64,000 nt of DNA. Source: Octopus sinensis (taxonomy: Eukaryota). Under the pieces are notes generated by a model. It saw only the letters and a program-made list of their open reading frames with translations. It was not told the origin of the DNA and searched no databases. The stretch is taken from NCBI RefSeq assembly GCF_006345805.1, contig NC_043005.1, forward strand, positions 16,430,001-16,494,000. The letters are read 5' to 3'. Below, one piece after another: positions 1 through 12,806 of the stretch; the stretch's first letter is position 1, and every line of letters starts with the position of its first letter. A program made the position numbers and the translations under genes.

Positions 1-137
1 TTCTAATGCCAAATATGCCGAAAAAATGACAAAAATTGTCAATAACCATTATAATTTATGTGTCTTGTTTCGAGACGCATAAATTATAATGGTTATTGAC
101 AATTTTTGTCTTTTTTTCGGCATATTTGGCATTAGAA
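1..137. repeat. Foldback: 60-bp inverted repeat, 17-nt spacer
   Basis: 1-60 vs 78-137 are reverse-complementary with one mismatch; may extend beyond the window. Confidence 0.9.
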
Positions 138-177
138 TTTTTTCTTTTGCCCTTATTTTGTAAATTATATATATATA

Positions 178-225
<48 letters not shown>

Positions 226-613
226 ATATATATATATATATATACACACAATTCATATATGGTTTACTGGAAACAGAAATTGTGCTTTTTATTTCTCCCA
301 CCAAAACAATTTATTTTTTCTTATAATTCTATGGATAATATGTTTTTTTTCTTTCATTGGTTTCTAAGTCATTCAGTGACAACCATGCTGGAGCACCATC
401 TTCAAATATTTTAGTCAATTATATTGACTCCAGTACTTTCTTACTTACTTTATTGATTACATGATGGGTGAAAAGCTGAACCAACCTGATGTAAAAGGAC
501 CTGAACTCAGATGGGACTGAAAACCATAAGATTTCTGTTCAATGCACCGGTCTTGTTTTCTTTGGTCATCACATATTTGATAACCCCACACACACACACA
601 CATACACTCATAT

Positions 614-845
614 GGCAGCAAGCTGGCAGAAACATTAGTACACTGGGCGAAATGCTTAGCGGTATTTCGTCTGCCGTTACGTTGTGAGTTCAAATTCCGC
701 CGAGGTCGACTTTGCCTTTCATCCTTTCGGGGTCGATAAATTAAGTACCAGTTATGCACTGGGGTCGATGTAATCGACTAAATACCTATATCTGTCCTTG
801 TTTGTCCTCTCTGTGTTTGGCCCCTTGTGGGTAATAAAGAAATAG
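614..845 (+). mobile_element. SINE family A
   Basis: ggcagcaagctggcagaaac...gagttcaaattcc...ccccttgtgggtaataaagaaata. Other copies at ~24200-24390(-), 32663-32878, 32881-33090, 50157-50388(-) and 55690-57000(-, several). Confidence 0.8.
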
Positions 846-1748
846 GTATTTGTTTGTGTTTCTGTGCAAAGCCACCAAATACTCTATACACACCAGTTTT
901 AGAAGTTTACGGTGTGTGTCAGTTATAATAGTGTTTTTGATAACATGGGAAAAATAGTGAAAAGATAATGATGACAATTATGTGTCTATATAAGGTAGCA
1001 AACAGGTAAAGTCGTTAAACCATCGGATACAATCCTCATCATTGCTTCAAAGTCTATTTTTTCATGCTTCCATTAGTGAGATGAAACTTTATTGGGTCAG
1101 AGCAAACAGGACACCCTTCCAGATGCCAACCTAAACTTGTTTTCAAGCAAGGTTGTAATCCCCTGTTCTACTGAACAACAAACCTGGACATGGTTAAATA
1201 GAGAACTGGGGAAAAATGACACCAGTTGTAGGAATGGTAAGTCTTTAGTTCACAAAGATCAAAGTGTGTCACAAATATCAGACAGGCTTTCATGGTATAT
1301 TGCAAGCAAAGCATATGACATTGTCAGTATGAACAGTGAGGCCTTTGTTTTCAATCAGTAAACACCTGTGAAGACAGGTGAGTACAAACTCACTCACAGA
1401 AATTCACAAATTCCCACACATTATACATATGTACATATTTATCATTATCATCGTCGTTTAATGTTTGCTTTCTATGCTGGCATGGGTTGGACAGTTTGAC
1501 TGAGAACTGGCAGGCCAGGACGCTGCACCAGGCTCCAATCTGATATGACAAGTGCTTGACAGTTGGATGACCTTCCTAATGCCAACCACTCCAAGAGTGT
1601 AGTGGATGCTTTTTACATGCCACTGACACAGGAACCAGTCAGGCAGCACTGGCATCAGCCATGCTCGAATGGTGCTTTTTATGTGCCACCAGCATGGGTG
1701 CCAGTCAGGTGGCACTGGCATCAGCCACACTTGACTCTGTGTGTGTGT

Positions 1749-1788
<40 letters not shown>

Positions 1789-2643
1789 TGTGTGTGGTGT
1801 GTGTGTTGTGTGTGTGGTGTGTGTGTGTGTGTTGTGTGTGTGTGATGGGCTTCTTTAGTTTCCATCTACCAGTTTCACACACACAAGGTATTGGTTAACC
1901 CACAGCTAAAATGGAGGACAGATTACTGGCCAACAGTAACCACAGAGTGGGATTGAACCTCAGACCAATTGGTTCCATAGCAATCATCTTAACCACACAA
2001 CCATACCTGCACCAATTCCATCTGTCTGTACACTGAGTCCAAATAATATCAGGGTCAACTTCCAACCTTGATCCTTCCAAAGTTAGCAATAAAAAAGCTA
2101 GTTCAATACTTGGGTCAATTCTTCTCCTTCTCCCTCTACCTCTCTATCTTTATCTCTTTCTTTCTCTATCTCTCTCTCACACACACACAGGCTTTCTATT
2201 TCTCTAGTTCTCTTTCTCTGTGGATTTTACTTGTAACTCAAAGGTTTAACTTCGTCACATTGTATCACACTGATGTGACCTGAAAACTGCATTACAGATA
2301 CATATGTCTGTGGAGTACTCAGCCAGTTGAACCATTTGACTGCTCATGGTCCAGACCAATGGAGAATCAATCACTAAATGGGTGTCTGTCTGTATGTCCG
2401 AATTCATACCGATACCACCCTATAAAACTGTTGTTTATGTCATGTCCCATTATCCCATATAACTTAACAGTTCGACAAATAGATATCAATAAAATAAGCA
2501 CCAGACTCGAAATAGGTAATGGGGTTGATATGATCGACAAAATCCCTTGAAGGCAAGTGCCCCAGCAAGGCCACAGTCCACAGACAGAAACCAGTAAAAG
2601 GATGAAAGACAGTAAAAGAATAGAAATGCAAGGTTCTACTCAC

Positions 2644-2805
2644 CTCATTTTCGCTATGCTCCACTCCTGCCATAGCCTTGGCCACTTCATCCTCCAGGGC
2701 AGACATACTGCTGTCTGATATACCTTCGTGAATATCTCCTACTTGAGCTTCTAACTGTTGTATTTTGTCTTCGAGTGAATACACACTGCAGGCTGCCATG
2801 TAGAT
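2644..2805 (-). CDS. MYRIP-like: Coding exon similar to the MyRIP/melanophilin C-terminal coiled-coil region
   Basis: Acceptor ctttatcacag|ATC, donor GAG|GTGAGT, 162 nt, phase 0-0. IYMAACSVYSLEDKIQQLEAQVGDIHEGISDSSMSALEDEVAKAMAGVEHSENE aligns without gaps to vertebrate MyRIP as I recall it (approx. VYLAAGTVYGLE...IHSG...LEDQVATAAAQVHHAE; from memory, not looked up). Confidence 0.85.
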
Positions 2806-3122
2806 CTGTGATAAAGCAACATCAACTGATGAATTACACTTGCCAGGTTTATGAAAAACTTTAGGAATGTATTCATTTTCCCTGCTTGATCTTTAAACAG
2901 GTTTTTCGTAAAAAAAAATTAAAAAAACAGATTTCAGGCTTAGAGTAAAAAATTCCAGAATTTTATAATTTGGGATTTTTTTTTTTTAGCTGTTTTAAAA
3001 AGTTAGTATAATTATTAAAAAAAAATTTTGTTTTTGTTTTTAAGCAACAAATTTTACCAAAAGTCCTTTTCATGAACTGGAAATATTTTTTTAACTTTAA
3101 TATAAGCCCTAATACATATGGT

Positions 3123-3157
<35 letters not shown>

Positions 3158-3329
3158 TGGTGGTGGTGGAGGGTTTTCATAAAATACTAGATATCACTAA
3201 AATGAAAAATGAATCTATCTATATTACTTCTTTCCTAGATGTAATTAAACTTTCAGAGTCTGGCTAAGCAAAGACTATTGTTTCTATATGATTGGTTAAA
3301 AAAAAACTAATAATAATAATAATAATAAT

Positions 3330-3367
<38 letters not shown>

Positions 3368-4172
3368 AATAGAAAAGGAAAGAAAATAGATTATGAATGA
3401 ATCATATAATCTCAGTTTTTAATTTCTTTTGTTATTTCAATGAATAACCAGCTTGGATGTTGAGATGCGGATAGAAATTTCACTGACAAGAAGATTGGAT
3501 GAAGTCCTTTCTGTGTGTGTGGTAGCAACTTTGCACAAGATTGGCAGCAAGTTCAGTCAAGTAGGCATCAATATTCCAAAGAATAACAAATAACTTTCAA
3601 GTCAAATCCACATTAATCCTCCTTAATTTCCATTCAGGAAGTTTAAACACTGAGAGATTGATTTTCACAGTTAAATATCTAAGTGGGCCTACCCTTGTTT
3701 TGTTTTATGTTTTAATTATTTTTAATCCCTTTTATGAAACAAGACTCAATGAAATAATGTGTTTGTTGACCGCCTGTTCATAATGTCTTCATCATATTGA
3801 GGCAGAAAGTAGAGATTTGTTGGGGTTTTTTTTAAACAAAACTTTGCTTTTATCCTTTACTGTCAAGCTAAAGTTTAAGGAAGACCTCAATAGAATTTGC
3901 TAGGAATGTAGCATGACGAAATCCAAATATCCAGTTTTCAGAGGCATAACAACACTGTAAGAAACTCTAAAAGACATCCATCAAAATATATTACAGAACA
4001 CTGTAGAAAGCTGCAGTTATTTGGCTAAAATAAGAAAAATAAAACTTAGATAAAACAAAATTTATCAACAGCCTATGTTTTTCCCTGCTTAAATTGAATA
4101 ACATCAGCAAAATAGTTCTTTGCTTGCTAATGTGACATTTGACTATGTTGTGAAATGCTTTCCATATATACA

Positions 4173-4213
<41 letters not shown>

Positions 4214-4234
4214 GTCTGTCTGTCTCTCTGTCTG

Positions 4235-4265
<31 letters not shown>

Positions 4266-4940
4266 ATACAAGAATATCAAAATACTGATAATACTTTATG
4301 TTAGAGATAGGGATTCACTCAATTTAAACAACTCCAGAAATTCACTGGTGCCTAATTTATCACTGGACTCTAACTTACCAGCATGATGGGATGAAAGGCA
4401 ACCTTCACCTCAGTTGTTATTTGAACTCAAACCCAAAACAGCTAAATATTGCAAAGTGTCTTATTCTCTACTTTGCTGCTAATTCTCTCATCTACTGAAC
4501 TCGCTTTGATGATGATCATCATCATCATCATCATGATTATTATTATTATTATTATTTTTTTTTTTTCAACATATGCACAGTGCTATAAATATTTTGGTGG
4601 GAAGAGTATAAAAGCAAAGATCTTGTTTAAAAAGATTACAGCTGCTTTGTTAGCTTATTAGAGTGTTTTTAAATAACTTATATTATTTGATGTTGTTGCC
4701 AATACTGGTGATGCTACTGATGCTGTTTTTGTTGTTGTTGCTGACAGTAATCTTGATGCTAATGATGATGATGATGATGATGATGATGTATATGTAGTTC
4801 TATTTCAAGACAATTGTTTGTTTTGTTTGTTTAAATTCCATGAACACGACCATTCTCAATTCTCCAAGTGCAACAAGATGCATGAAACACGTGCATCAAA
4901 GCAGATGGATATAGCGTTCTTCCAGTGTTAATGTCTCAAC

Positions 4941-4981
<41 letters not shown>

Positions 4982-5331
4982 AGAGAGAGAAGGGGGGAAC
5001 GGAGAGAGAAGAGGGGAAGGGTGAGTTACCAAATGTACTTTGCCAGACTATTCCTTCTGGTTGAGAGAGTAAGCCTGGCTAGAACAATGAAAAAAAAAAA
5101 GCAACAACAAACAAAAAAAATGGAGAGAAAGCAAGGGAAAGACAAACAAGTCATGTGACTTGGAAAAATAAGGAGAGAAAGAAGGGGTAGGCGAGGATAG
5201 GGTTTAAGTTTTAGTTTTATGTTTCAAATAGCTCTCCACCCCTAGCAATTAAATAACAAACACACACCACCAAGAAAAAAAAAGTAAATAATAACAATAA
5301 TAATAATAACGATAATAATAATATAATAATA

Positions 5332-5382
<51 letters not shown>

Positions 5383-5407
5383 TGATAATAATAATAAAAA
5401 TAATAAA

Positions 5408-5443
<36 letters not shown>

Positions 5444-5902
5444 AGCATAGATGAAAATGAAGTTAAAAGAAAACAAAATAGTGAAAGTAGGGTCAATTTT
5501 CTTCCTCAACCGGAAAAAGTCAGCAATTTTTTTTTCCCTTTTTTGCTTTGTTTTTTTTTGGTTTTTTGTTTTTGATCAGTAGCTGTAAGTTATTTTGACT
5601 GTTGCGTTTCACAGTGTTTAGAATGAGGTGTGGTTTGTTCACACAGTAGCAACTAGGTTAATTCTTGCTCAATCATCAAATAATCTGGGCCAACTGGCTC
5701 GTTTTTTTTTCGGGGTGGCAAAAAAATGGAAAAAAAAAAAAAAAAAAAAAAAAAACAATTACTTCAACCTAGACTGGGATGGAATCAGGGAGCAGCTAAA
5801 CTTTGAGTTAAATATCCTTGCAACATTATACACCCTTTTCAATATCAAAATTATTTATACATACATACATATATACATATGTATATATAAATATATATAT
5901 AT

Positions 5903-6310
5903 CTCTTTTACTCTTTTACTTGTTTCAGTCATTTGACTGCGGCCATGCTGGAGCACCGCCTTTAGTCGAGCAACTCGACCCCGGGACTTATTCTTTTTGT
6001 AAGCCCAGTACTTATTCTATCGATCTCTTTTTGCCGAACCGCTAAGTGACGGGGACATAAACACACCAGCATCGGTTGTCAAGCAATGCTAGGGAGACAA
6101 ACACAGACACACAAACACACACACATACATATATATATATACATATATACGACAGGCTTCTTTCAGTTTCCGTCTACCAAATTCACTCACAAGGCATTGG
6201 TCGGCCCGGGGCTATAGCAGAAGACACTTGCCCAAGATGCCACGCAGTGGGACTGAACCCAGAACCATGTGGTTTATTAGCAAGCTACTTACCACACAGC
6301 CACTCCTGCG

Positions 6311-6315
<5 letters not shown>
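5903..6315 (-). mobile_element. SINE family B (tRNA-like head, internal TA/CA microsatellite, (AAAGAGT)n tail)
   Basis: Head GGCGCAGGAGTGGCTGTGTGGTAAG...GGTTCAGTCCC with A/B-box-like motifs. Other copies at ~6446-6883, 16578-17045, 18767-19150, 31601-32250, 35988-36240, 42544-42953, 46286-46840, 49077-49482, 51925-52285 and 52281-52533. Confidence 0.85.
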
Positions 6316-6401
<86 letters not shown>

Positions 6402-6656
6402 ATATATATGATATATATATATATATATGCATTTATATATATATACTCTTTTACCTGTTTCAGTCATTTGACTGTGGCCATGCTGGAGCACCGCCTTTAG
6501 TTGAGCAAATCGACGCCAGGATTTATTCTTTGTAAGCTTAGTACTTATTCTATCGGTCTCTTTTGTCAAACTGCTATTTTATGGAGACGCAAACACACCA
6601 GCATGGGTTGTCACATGATGCAGTGGGGACAAACACAGACACACAAACTTATACAC

Positions 6657-6705
<49 letters not shown>

Positions 6706-6938
6706 TATACATATATACGATAAGCTTCTTTCAGCTTCCGTCTACCAAATCTACTCACAAGGCTTTGGTTGGCCCGAGGCTATAGTAGAAGACACTTGCC
6801 CAAGGTGCCACACAGTGGGACTGAACCTAGAACCATGTAGTTCATAAGCAAGATACTTACCTCACAGCCACTCCTACGCCTATATATATATATATATATA
6901 TATACATACATATATACACACACACACACATATATATA

Positions 6939-7330
6939 TGGGGTGTGATGGGTAAATTGTCACCATTTTATATTTTTAATTTCACGCATGTGCATTGTTT
7001 TTGATTTTGTCAACTAGACAGTATAGTAGGGTCGGTTGGGCACTGTCTGTGAGAAAAACAGCACTATGATGCAATTCATTCTGCCAGAAATTTGGAAACA
7101 ACGTACTGTACTGCTTGGCATTCACGTCGGAAGCTCCAATATGAACAGCTGATGAACACACAGAACAACCATTAGCTTGCCATGTCCCCAAAACAAGTAC
7201 TAAGTGTGATAAAAATCAAACATCCAGTCAACATCATAGTGTTTGGAGTGATCACTAGTGATGATGACATTATACCTCCATTCATCTTCCCACACATCTG
7301 TGAATTCATCTTCCCACACATCTGTGAATT
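6939..7330 (+). mobile_element. Tc1/mariner remnant (left end plus transposase fragment)
   Basis: TA|TGGGGTGTGATGGGTAAATTG end; KHPVNIIVFGVITSDDDIIPPFIFPH resembles the Tc1/mariner catalytic region; internal 24-nt duplication at ~7279-7327. Confidence 0.55.
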
Positions 7331-7879
7331 CAAAGGGCAGCACAAGCAATTGGTAGTTTGGAGACACACGCTTGGCACTAATGAAATATAAATAACAACA
7401 CAAAATTGGCTCTTTATAAATCATTTGTCCTACAATCCCTGTTCTATTCTTCTGAAACATGAATGTGTTACGAAAGACATTTCAAATTGCTAGAACAATT
7501 CCACCAAAAATACCTTCACCACATTTCAAACATTGTACTCTAGACACAGATGTCTTTGCATCTGCAGGCATCGCATTATTCTGCCAAAATTGATACTTTT
7601 TCATCCACACTGTTTTGAACTAACCATGCATTATCTTTTAGCGATGAGATTTTGATGAGGTAGCTGTTAATTTTTAAAACGATATTGTAGGGTTGGTGCA
7701 AAAGACCAGATCTGACCAGTTTGGACATAAAACAGGCAGAATACTTTTGGCCGGATATGGCCAGTTTAAATGCTAAAGGGTTAAATCAATGATTCTGAAA
7801 AACCAAATGAGATGGTCAGGCCATATTGTTCAAATTGCAGATGAACACACACCCAAACAGTTGTTTTATGGCGAGTTTA

Positions 7880-8103
7880 CAGAGAGGAAGCACAATTGGT
7901 GTTAACCTAAAAAGAGGTTTAAGGACGGCATAAGGACTATCATGAAGTCACTTGGAATGGATCCAAAGGCCCTTGCTTCTGACTGAGCTGGATGATGAAC
8001 AAAGGTGTGGAGTGGAGTGAAAGTGTTTGAGGAGGCCAGGACAACACATGCAAGACTCAACAGAGATTTAAAGAAGAATATTGTGATCAAGAATAAGACT
8101 ATA

Positions 8104-8110
<7 letters not shown>
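7880..8110 (+). mobile_element. Decayed RTE-like LINE 3' end with (AAT)n tail
   Basis: KDGIRTIMKSLGMDPKALASD*AG**TKVWSGVKVFEEARTTHARLNRDLKK followed by (AAT)n. Confidence 0.5.
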
Positions 8111-8141
<31 letters not shown>

Positions 8142-8334
8142 TACACACATATGCATACTACCCATGTATTTTAATTTAACTTTAAAAAAATAAAAAAATG
8201 AACGAACTATTGAGTTTAGTTTAATGGCCTTCCAATGTATACTATGAGTTTCTTTGCCCTAGGAGTCGGGAAGACACTCGGCAAGAAATGGAAGCAAATT
8301 TGAAAGAAGAAGAAAAAAAAATTAATAATAATTT

Positions 8335-8382
<48 letters not shown>

Positions 8383-8849
8383 TGATAGAAAAATCTGCAA
8401 GCTATGACTAAAAATAAAAAAAGGTACTGAAACCTATTTGAAAATGATGCTAGGCTTACCATCTACAGGAAGTGCAAAAAAATTGTGTTAACTGGAACGA
8501 CTCATGTACTGAGAAGAGCATTATCACTGTGAAAACAACATCCATTCACGAATTTATTTATTTATTAATTTTTTTAAATACATATTTTACCTGTGAATTT
8601 GCATGTGTAATCTTGGAATGCATACAATGAGCTTCTCTGCCCCAGGTGTACGGAAAACAATCGGCAAGAAATAGAAGATTTGAAGAAAGAAGGGGAAAAA
8701 AAACAATAATAATAATTGGTATTTGGGTGTTCAGTATCTTCCATGATACTTAACATCTACAGGGTGATTCAACAGGTTGTTGTCTGTTCTCACAGAATTA
8801 ACCAGAGCTAGTAAGATCGAGGGCTTTGAGAATAATAATAATAATAATA

Positions 8850-8880
<31 letters not shown>

Positions 8881-8889
8881 TTAATAATA

Positions 8890-9435
8890 AATGCCCTGAT
8901 GCAGTACCAAGTAGTAGCTCTCATAGCTTCTAATCTTAACTGATTGGAAGTGTTATCATGTACATTGTTTTGTCTTTCTATAAAAGATGGGCTACAGCAA
9001 ATATTCTGCTCAATACAATAGATTTGCTTGTCAGTTGTTTGACCTTAACCAGTTGAGCATGTCCTTTAGTGGCTGACGATATGTGCATCTCTGATCACAT
9101 GCAGAAGTAGTGGGGGAGCATCAAAGCCATGTGTTGAGAGGGATTCTTTGGGGTTTGAATAATTCACCTTTGGAAACATGGGTGTTTCGTTCAACATCCT
9201 TAAACAACCCTTATTCAGTGACCTTTTGAGCGGGATGGGTTACTCAACCAGAAGAAAGTTCTAACTGGGCCCCACCTGCAAGGTCATGTGCTGTTTATCT
9301 TGATATGAGATCACCATGTCGCGCACATATGGTTGTGATGCATGTGCCTAGTGTACCCTTATCATGATGGGTATACTGGGCTTTGTATATTTCACCCCAG
9401 TATCATTTTGATGGCAGGCACTGCTCTCTCACTCA
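8890..9435 (+). mobile_element. (AAT)n-embedded retroelement 3' piece
   Basis: Flanked by (AAT)n; reverse copies at ~53972-54300, 53505-53620 and 54361-54450. Confidence 0.65.
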
Positions 9436-9451
9436 ATAATAATAATAATAA

Positions 9452-9482
<31 letters not shown>

Positions 9483-9485
9483 AAT

Positions 9486-9523
<38 letters not shown>

Positions 9524-9585
9524 CAGCCCATGCCATTATAGAAAAGGGAACATAAAATGAATGAATTAATAATAAAGATTCTTAC

Positions 9586-10140
9586 TTTGTCCTCTGTATC
9601 TTCAACTTCATGCTTTGTTTTCACAATGTCTCTGCTTCTAACCCCTGGTGTATTAGAGGATTTGTTAGGGTTCACTTTCTTTGGAGGGTTGACATAAAAG
9701 TCTTTCTTGAAGCGTTCAGCATCAACAGGTCTTAAACCAAAGTTATAACTAGTCACTTCTGAAGGTTTTGCTGAGCTAGAATCCTTTTGAGTACTGAACA
9801 AATCCCTAGAGCCCTCAACCGGAGATTCAGGAACCAATGTAGAGGGTTCTTTGTTTTCATGCTTCTGTTCAGTAACCACATCAGGTTCAGCTTCAACTTC
9901 GATATTCAGCTGATCTGTGGGCTCAAGTTTGTCTTTTGATTCTGTCACACTTGACAACTCATTTATTGGATAGCACACGGTTGGGTCATCCAGATCATCT
10001 GAATTCAAATGATCATTATAATCTGTCGTTGGAATTATATTGTTTTCAGTGTCCTTTTGTTGTTGAACAGCTAGCTCAGCCTTCTCCAAAATTTCAAGAG
10101 CAGTTGACGTTACCTTCCTCATCTTCTCTGCAGCCATTTT
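9586..10140 (-). CDS. Large coding exon, acidic/Ser-Thr-Pro-rich
   Basis: Acceptor cttttttcag|AAAATGG; 555-nt open frame KMAAEKMRKV...HEVEDTEDK, phase 0-0; donor AAA|GTAAGA. Confidence 0.85.
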
Positions 10141-10298
10141 CTGAAAAAAGAATCAAGTGGATAAAAGAAATTTTAAAAACAAGGATATTCACAGAGAATT
10201 GGTAAGTTGATGGTGGTCTCTTGGCATAAATGTGGGTGAGAAATAAATATGAAACAATTAGATTATGTGAATGTGTGATGAGGATAAAATGAGATTAA

Positions 10299-10518
10299 CC
10301 CTTTCGTTACCAACACGGCTGAAACCGGTCTGGCTCCTTAGTATAAATGTCTTGTTTTCATAAGATTTGAATCCAAATCTTCCACCAAATCTTAGTCACA
10401 ATTTATGTTCCTAACACTAGCTCAATGATAATGATGTTATTTTACTAAATTCTTTGTTATATTTAAAATAATTGGAAGAAACACAGAGCATCTCGAAATA
10501 AATACAGTAACGAAAGGG
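10299..10518. mobile_element. piggyBac-type MITE
   Basis: TTAA TSDs at 10295-98 and 10519-22; 12-bp TIR CCCTTTCGTTAC/GTAACGAAAGGG. Confidence 0.9.
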
Positions 10519-11059
10519 TTAATGTTTCAAATGGCAATATTGCTGGAGGAAATTGCAGCATCATTGTAATATCATTGTATATTACTTCAATGCCATTGCA
10601 TATCATCTTTATTATATATCATTTCAATATGATATTGCATACCATATTAATACATAAACTTCAGTTGTGAATGTATATTAGGCACGTGCCATCAATAATT
10701 ACTCAGGATAAGCAGTTGGTAACCTTTATGTAATAAAACACACAATAATAAGCAAAAACACAGGCGCGCGAGTGAGTTGTAGGCAGATTTACATCTGCCT
10801 TTATAGCACATAAAGAAAACCTTGTTGTAGGAATGTACATGGCATGTGTACTACAGTGTTATTGGGCCAACAGATTTTGGGATCTAATGATATGCCATAA
10901 GCTAAACATTTTATGGACGGGAAACCTCAGATAATCCCATAAACCAGCCTTCCCCACTTATAATATATACTGCCCTATATCTTATCATGTGCTTCTTTCA
11001 GATTTATGTTTCTTACAGACAATCCATATATATATATATATATATATATATCATCATCA

Positions 11060-11605
11060 TCATTGTTTAACGTCTGTTTTCTGTGCTAGCATGAGTTGGA
11101 TGGTTCAACCGGGGTCTGGGAAGCCAGGAGGCTGCACCAGGCTCCAGTCTGATCTGGCAGTGTTTCTACAGCTAGATGCTCTTCCTAATGCCAACCACTC
11201 TGTGAGTGTAGTGGGTGCTTTTACGTGCTACCTGCACAGGTGCCAGGAGGGTCTGGCATTGGCCACGATCGGTTGGTGCTTTTAACGTGCCACCGGCACA
11301 GAAGCCAGCCAAGGAGGCGCTGGCAACGGCCACATTCGGATGGTGCTTTTTATGTGCCACCAGCACAGAAGCCAGTCGAGGTGGCGCAGGCATCGGCCAT
11401 GTTTGGATGGTGCTTTTTATGTGCCATCGGCACAGAAGCCAGTCGAGGCGGTGCTGGCAACGGCCACGTTCGGATGGTGCTTTTTATGTGCCACCGACAC
11501 AGGTATCACAACTACTATTTCCATTGATATTTGTTTCGATGTTCATGTACATGCACTTGACTCAACAGGTCTCCTCAAGCACAGCGAGATGTTCCGGGGT
11601 TCAAG

Positions 11606-11625
<20 letters not shown>
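11060..11625 (-). mobile_element. Family C short retroelement with (ATG)n tail and internal ~60-nt tandem array
   Basis: catcatcattgtttaacgtc...gctggatgcccttcctaacgccaacc-type body. Copies at ~1444-1735, 21685-21950, 27307-27610, 36660-37050(+), 53645-53935, 58446-58810 and 59630-59820(+). Confidence 0.8.
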
Positions 11626-11636
<11 letters not shown>

Positions 11637-12453
11637 CATCATCATCATCATTTAACATCTGTTTTCCACGCTGGCATGGGTTAGTCAGTTTGACAGGGGC
11701 TGACCAGCTGAAGACCTACTCAGGCACTAACTGTCTGTCCTGGCATCGTTTTTAGGGCTGGATGCCTTTCCTAGTGACAGCATTGAGTGCTTTCACGCAG
11801 CACCATCACAACTGCATTTATGTAGCACCGGTATGGGTCCTTTTTATGTGGCACTGGTACCCACAAGCCCACAAGGTTAGAAATTCTCAACTGGAAAAGG
11901 GACATGGGAACAGTTTGTATCTAAGGACAACTATGCTTTTACTGAGCATGATGTGTCTTGTATATATCTATGCATGTGTGTCTTTGTGTGTGTGTTTGTC
12001 CCCCCATCACCACTTGATATAACTTTGTGTTTTAGCCTAAGAGACCAACAGAATAAGTACTAGGCTTAAGAAATCACTCCTAGGGTCAATTTGTTCAACT
12101 AAAATCCTTCAAGGTGGTGCTCCAGCATGGCCACAGTCAAATAACTGAAACAAGAATAAAAGATTAAAGAATAATGTTGTCCCAGATGCCCTTACGTCTG
12201 AAAATAAAATGGGTTGCACATGGTTAGAACAGCTCGAGATGATGTCTCCTGGGGCTAAATTACAGCAACATTCGTCCTAAACCAGAACTGCCATGTTATG
12301 TTGGCAAAAATCTTTACTCCAAAGTACTGTTGCTGAATATCTCTCATTGTGAGATCTAAAAATAGTAATTTTCTAATTTATAAATCAGTAACTAGTTGTC
12401 ACTTTGAAGACAATATATTTTGAACAGGAATTTGGCAGCGCCACCTCCAGTTG

Positions 12454-12514
12454 AACAATTATTCTGTGCTGACGAAGAGAAATAACCCAGAAATCGTGAG
12501 ACACAGATATTGTT
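12454..12514 (+). ncRNA. Type I hammerhead ribozyme motif, monomer 1 (cleavage-site U mutated to G)
   Basis: aacaat-tat-tctgtg CTGACGA agagaaataaccca GAAA tcgtga GA cacaga-t-attgtt: stem I 6+6 bp with an internal loop, intact core, near-palindromic stem III. Confidence 0.7.
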
Positions 12515-12806
12515 TTGAGCTGAGCTGGGGCTGCTAGATTCCCTTGTTCGAAAATATAAGGACACAGATCATGTCATATAGCCAGTTGGAGATGATGTCT
12601 CCTGGGGCTAAATTACAGCAACATTCATCCTAAACCAGGACTGCCATGTTATGTTGGCAAAAATCTTTACTCCAAAGTACTGTTGCTGAATATCTCTCAT
12701 TGTGAGATTTAAAAATAGTAATTTTCTAATTTATAGATCAGTGACAAGTTGTCGCTTTGAAGACAATATATTTTGAACAGGAATTTGGCAGCGCCACCTC
12801 CAGTTG

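Noticed and set aside
4925-5075. + strand donors (G|GTGAGT, A|GTAAGC) after a GA repeat as an antisense first exon
   Set aside because: No downstream + strand exon or other support in the window.
12435-12450. CAGCGCCACCTCCA (also at 26348) as a CTCF site
   Set aside because: Only the 3' half of the motif matches; no independent support.
12516-12553. A-box/B-box-like motifs (AGCTGAGCTGG, GTTCGAAA) in the retrozyme monomer as a Pol III promoter
   Set aside because: Spacing is only ~18 nt and the monomer has several T4-T5 runs that would terminate Pol III.
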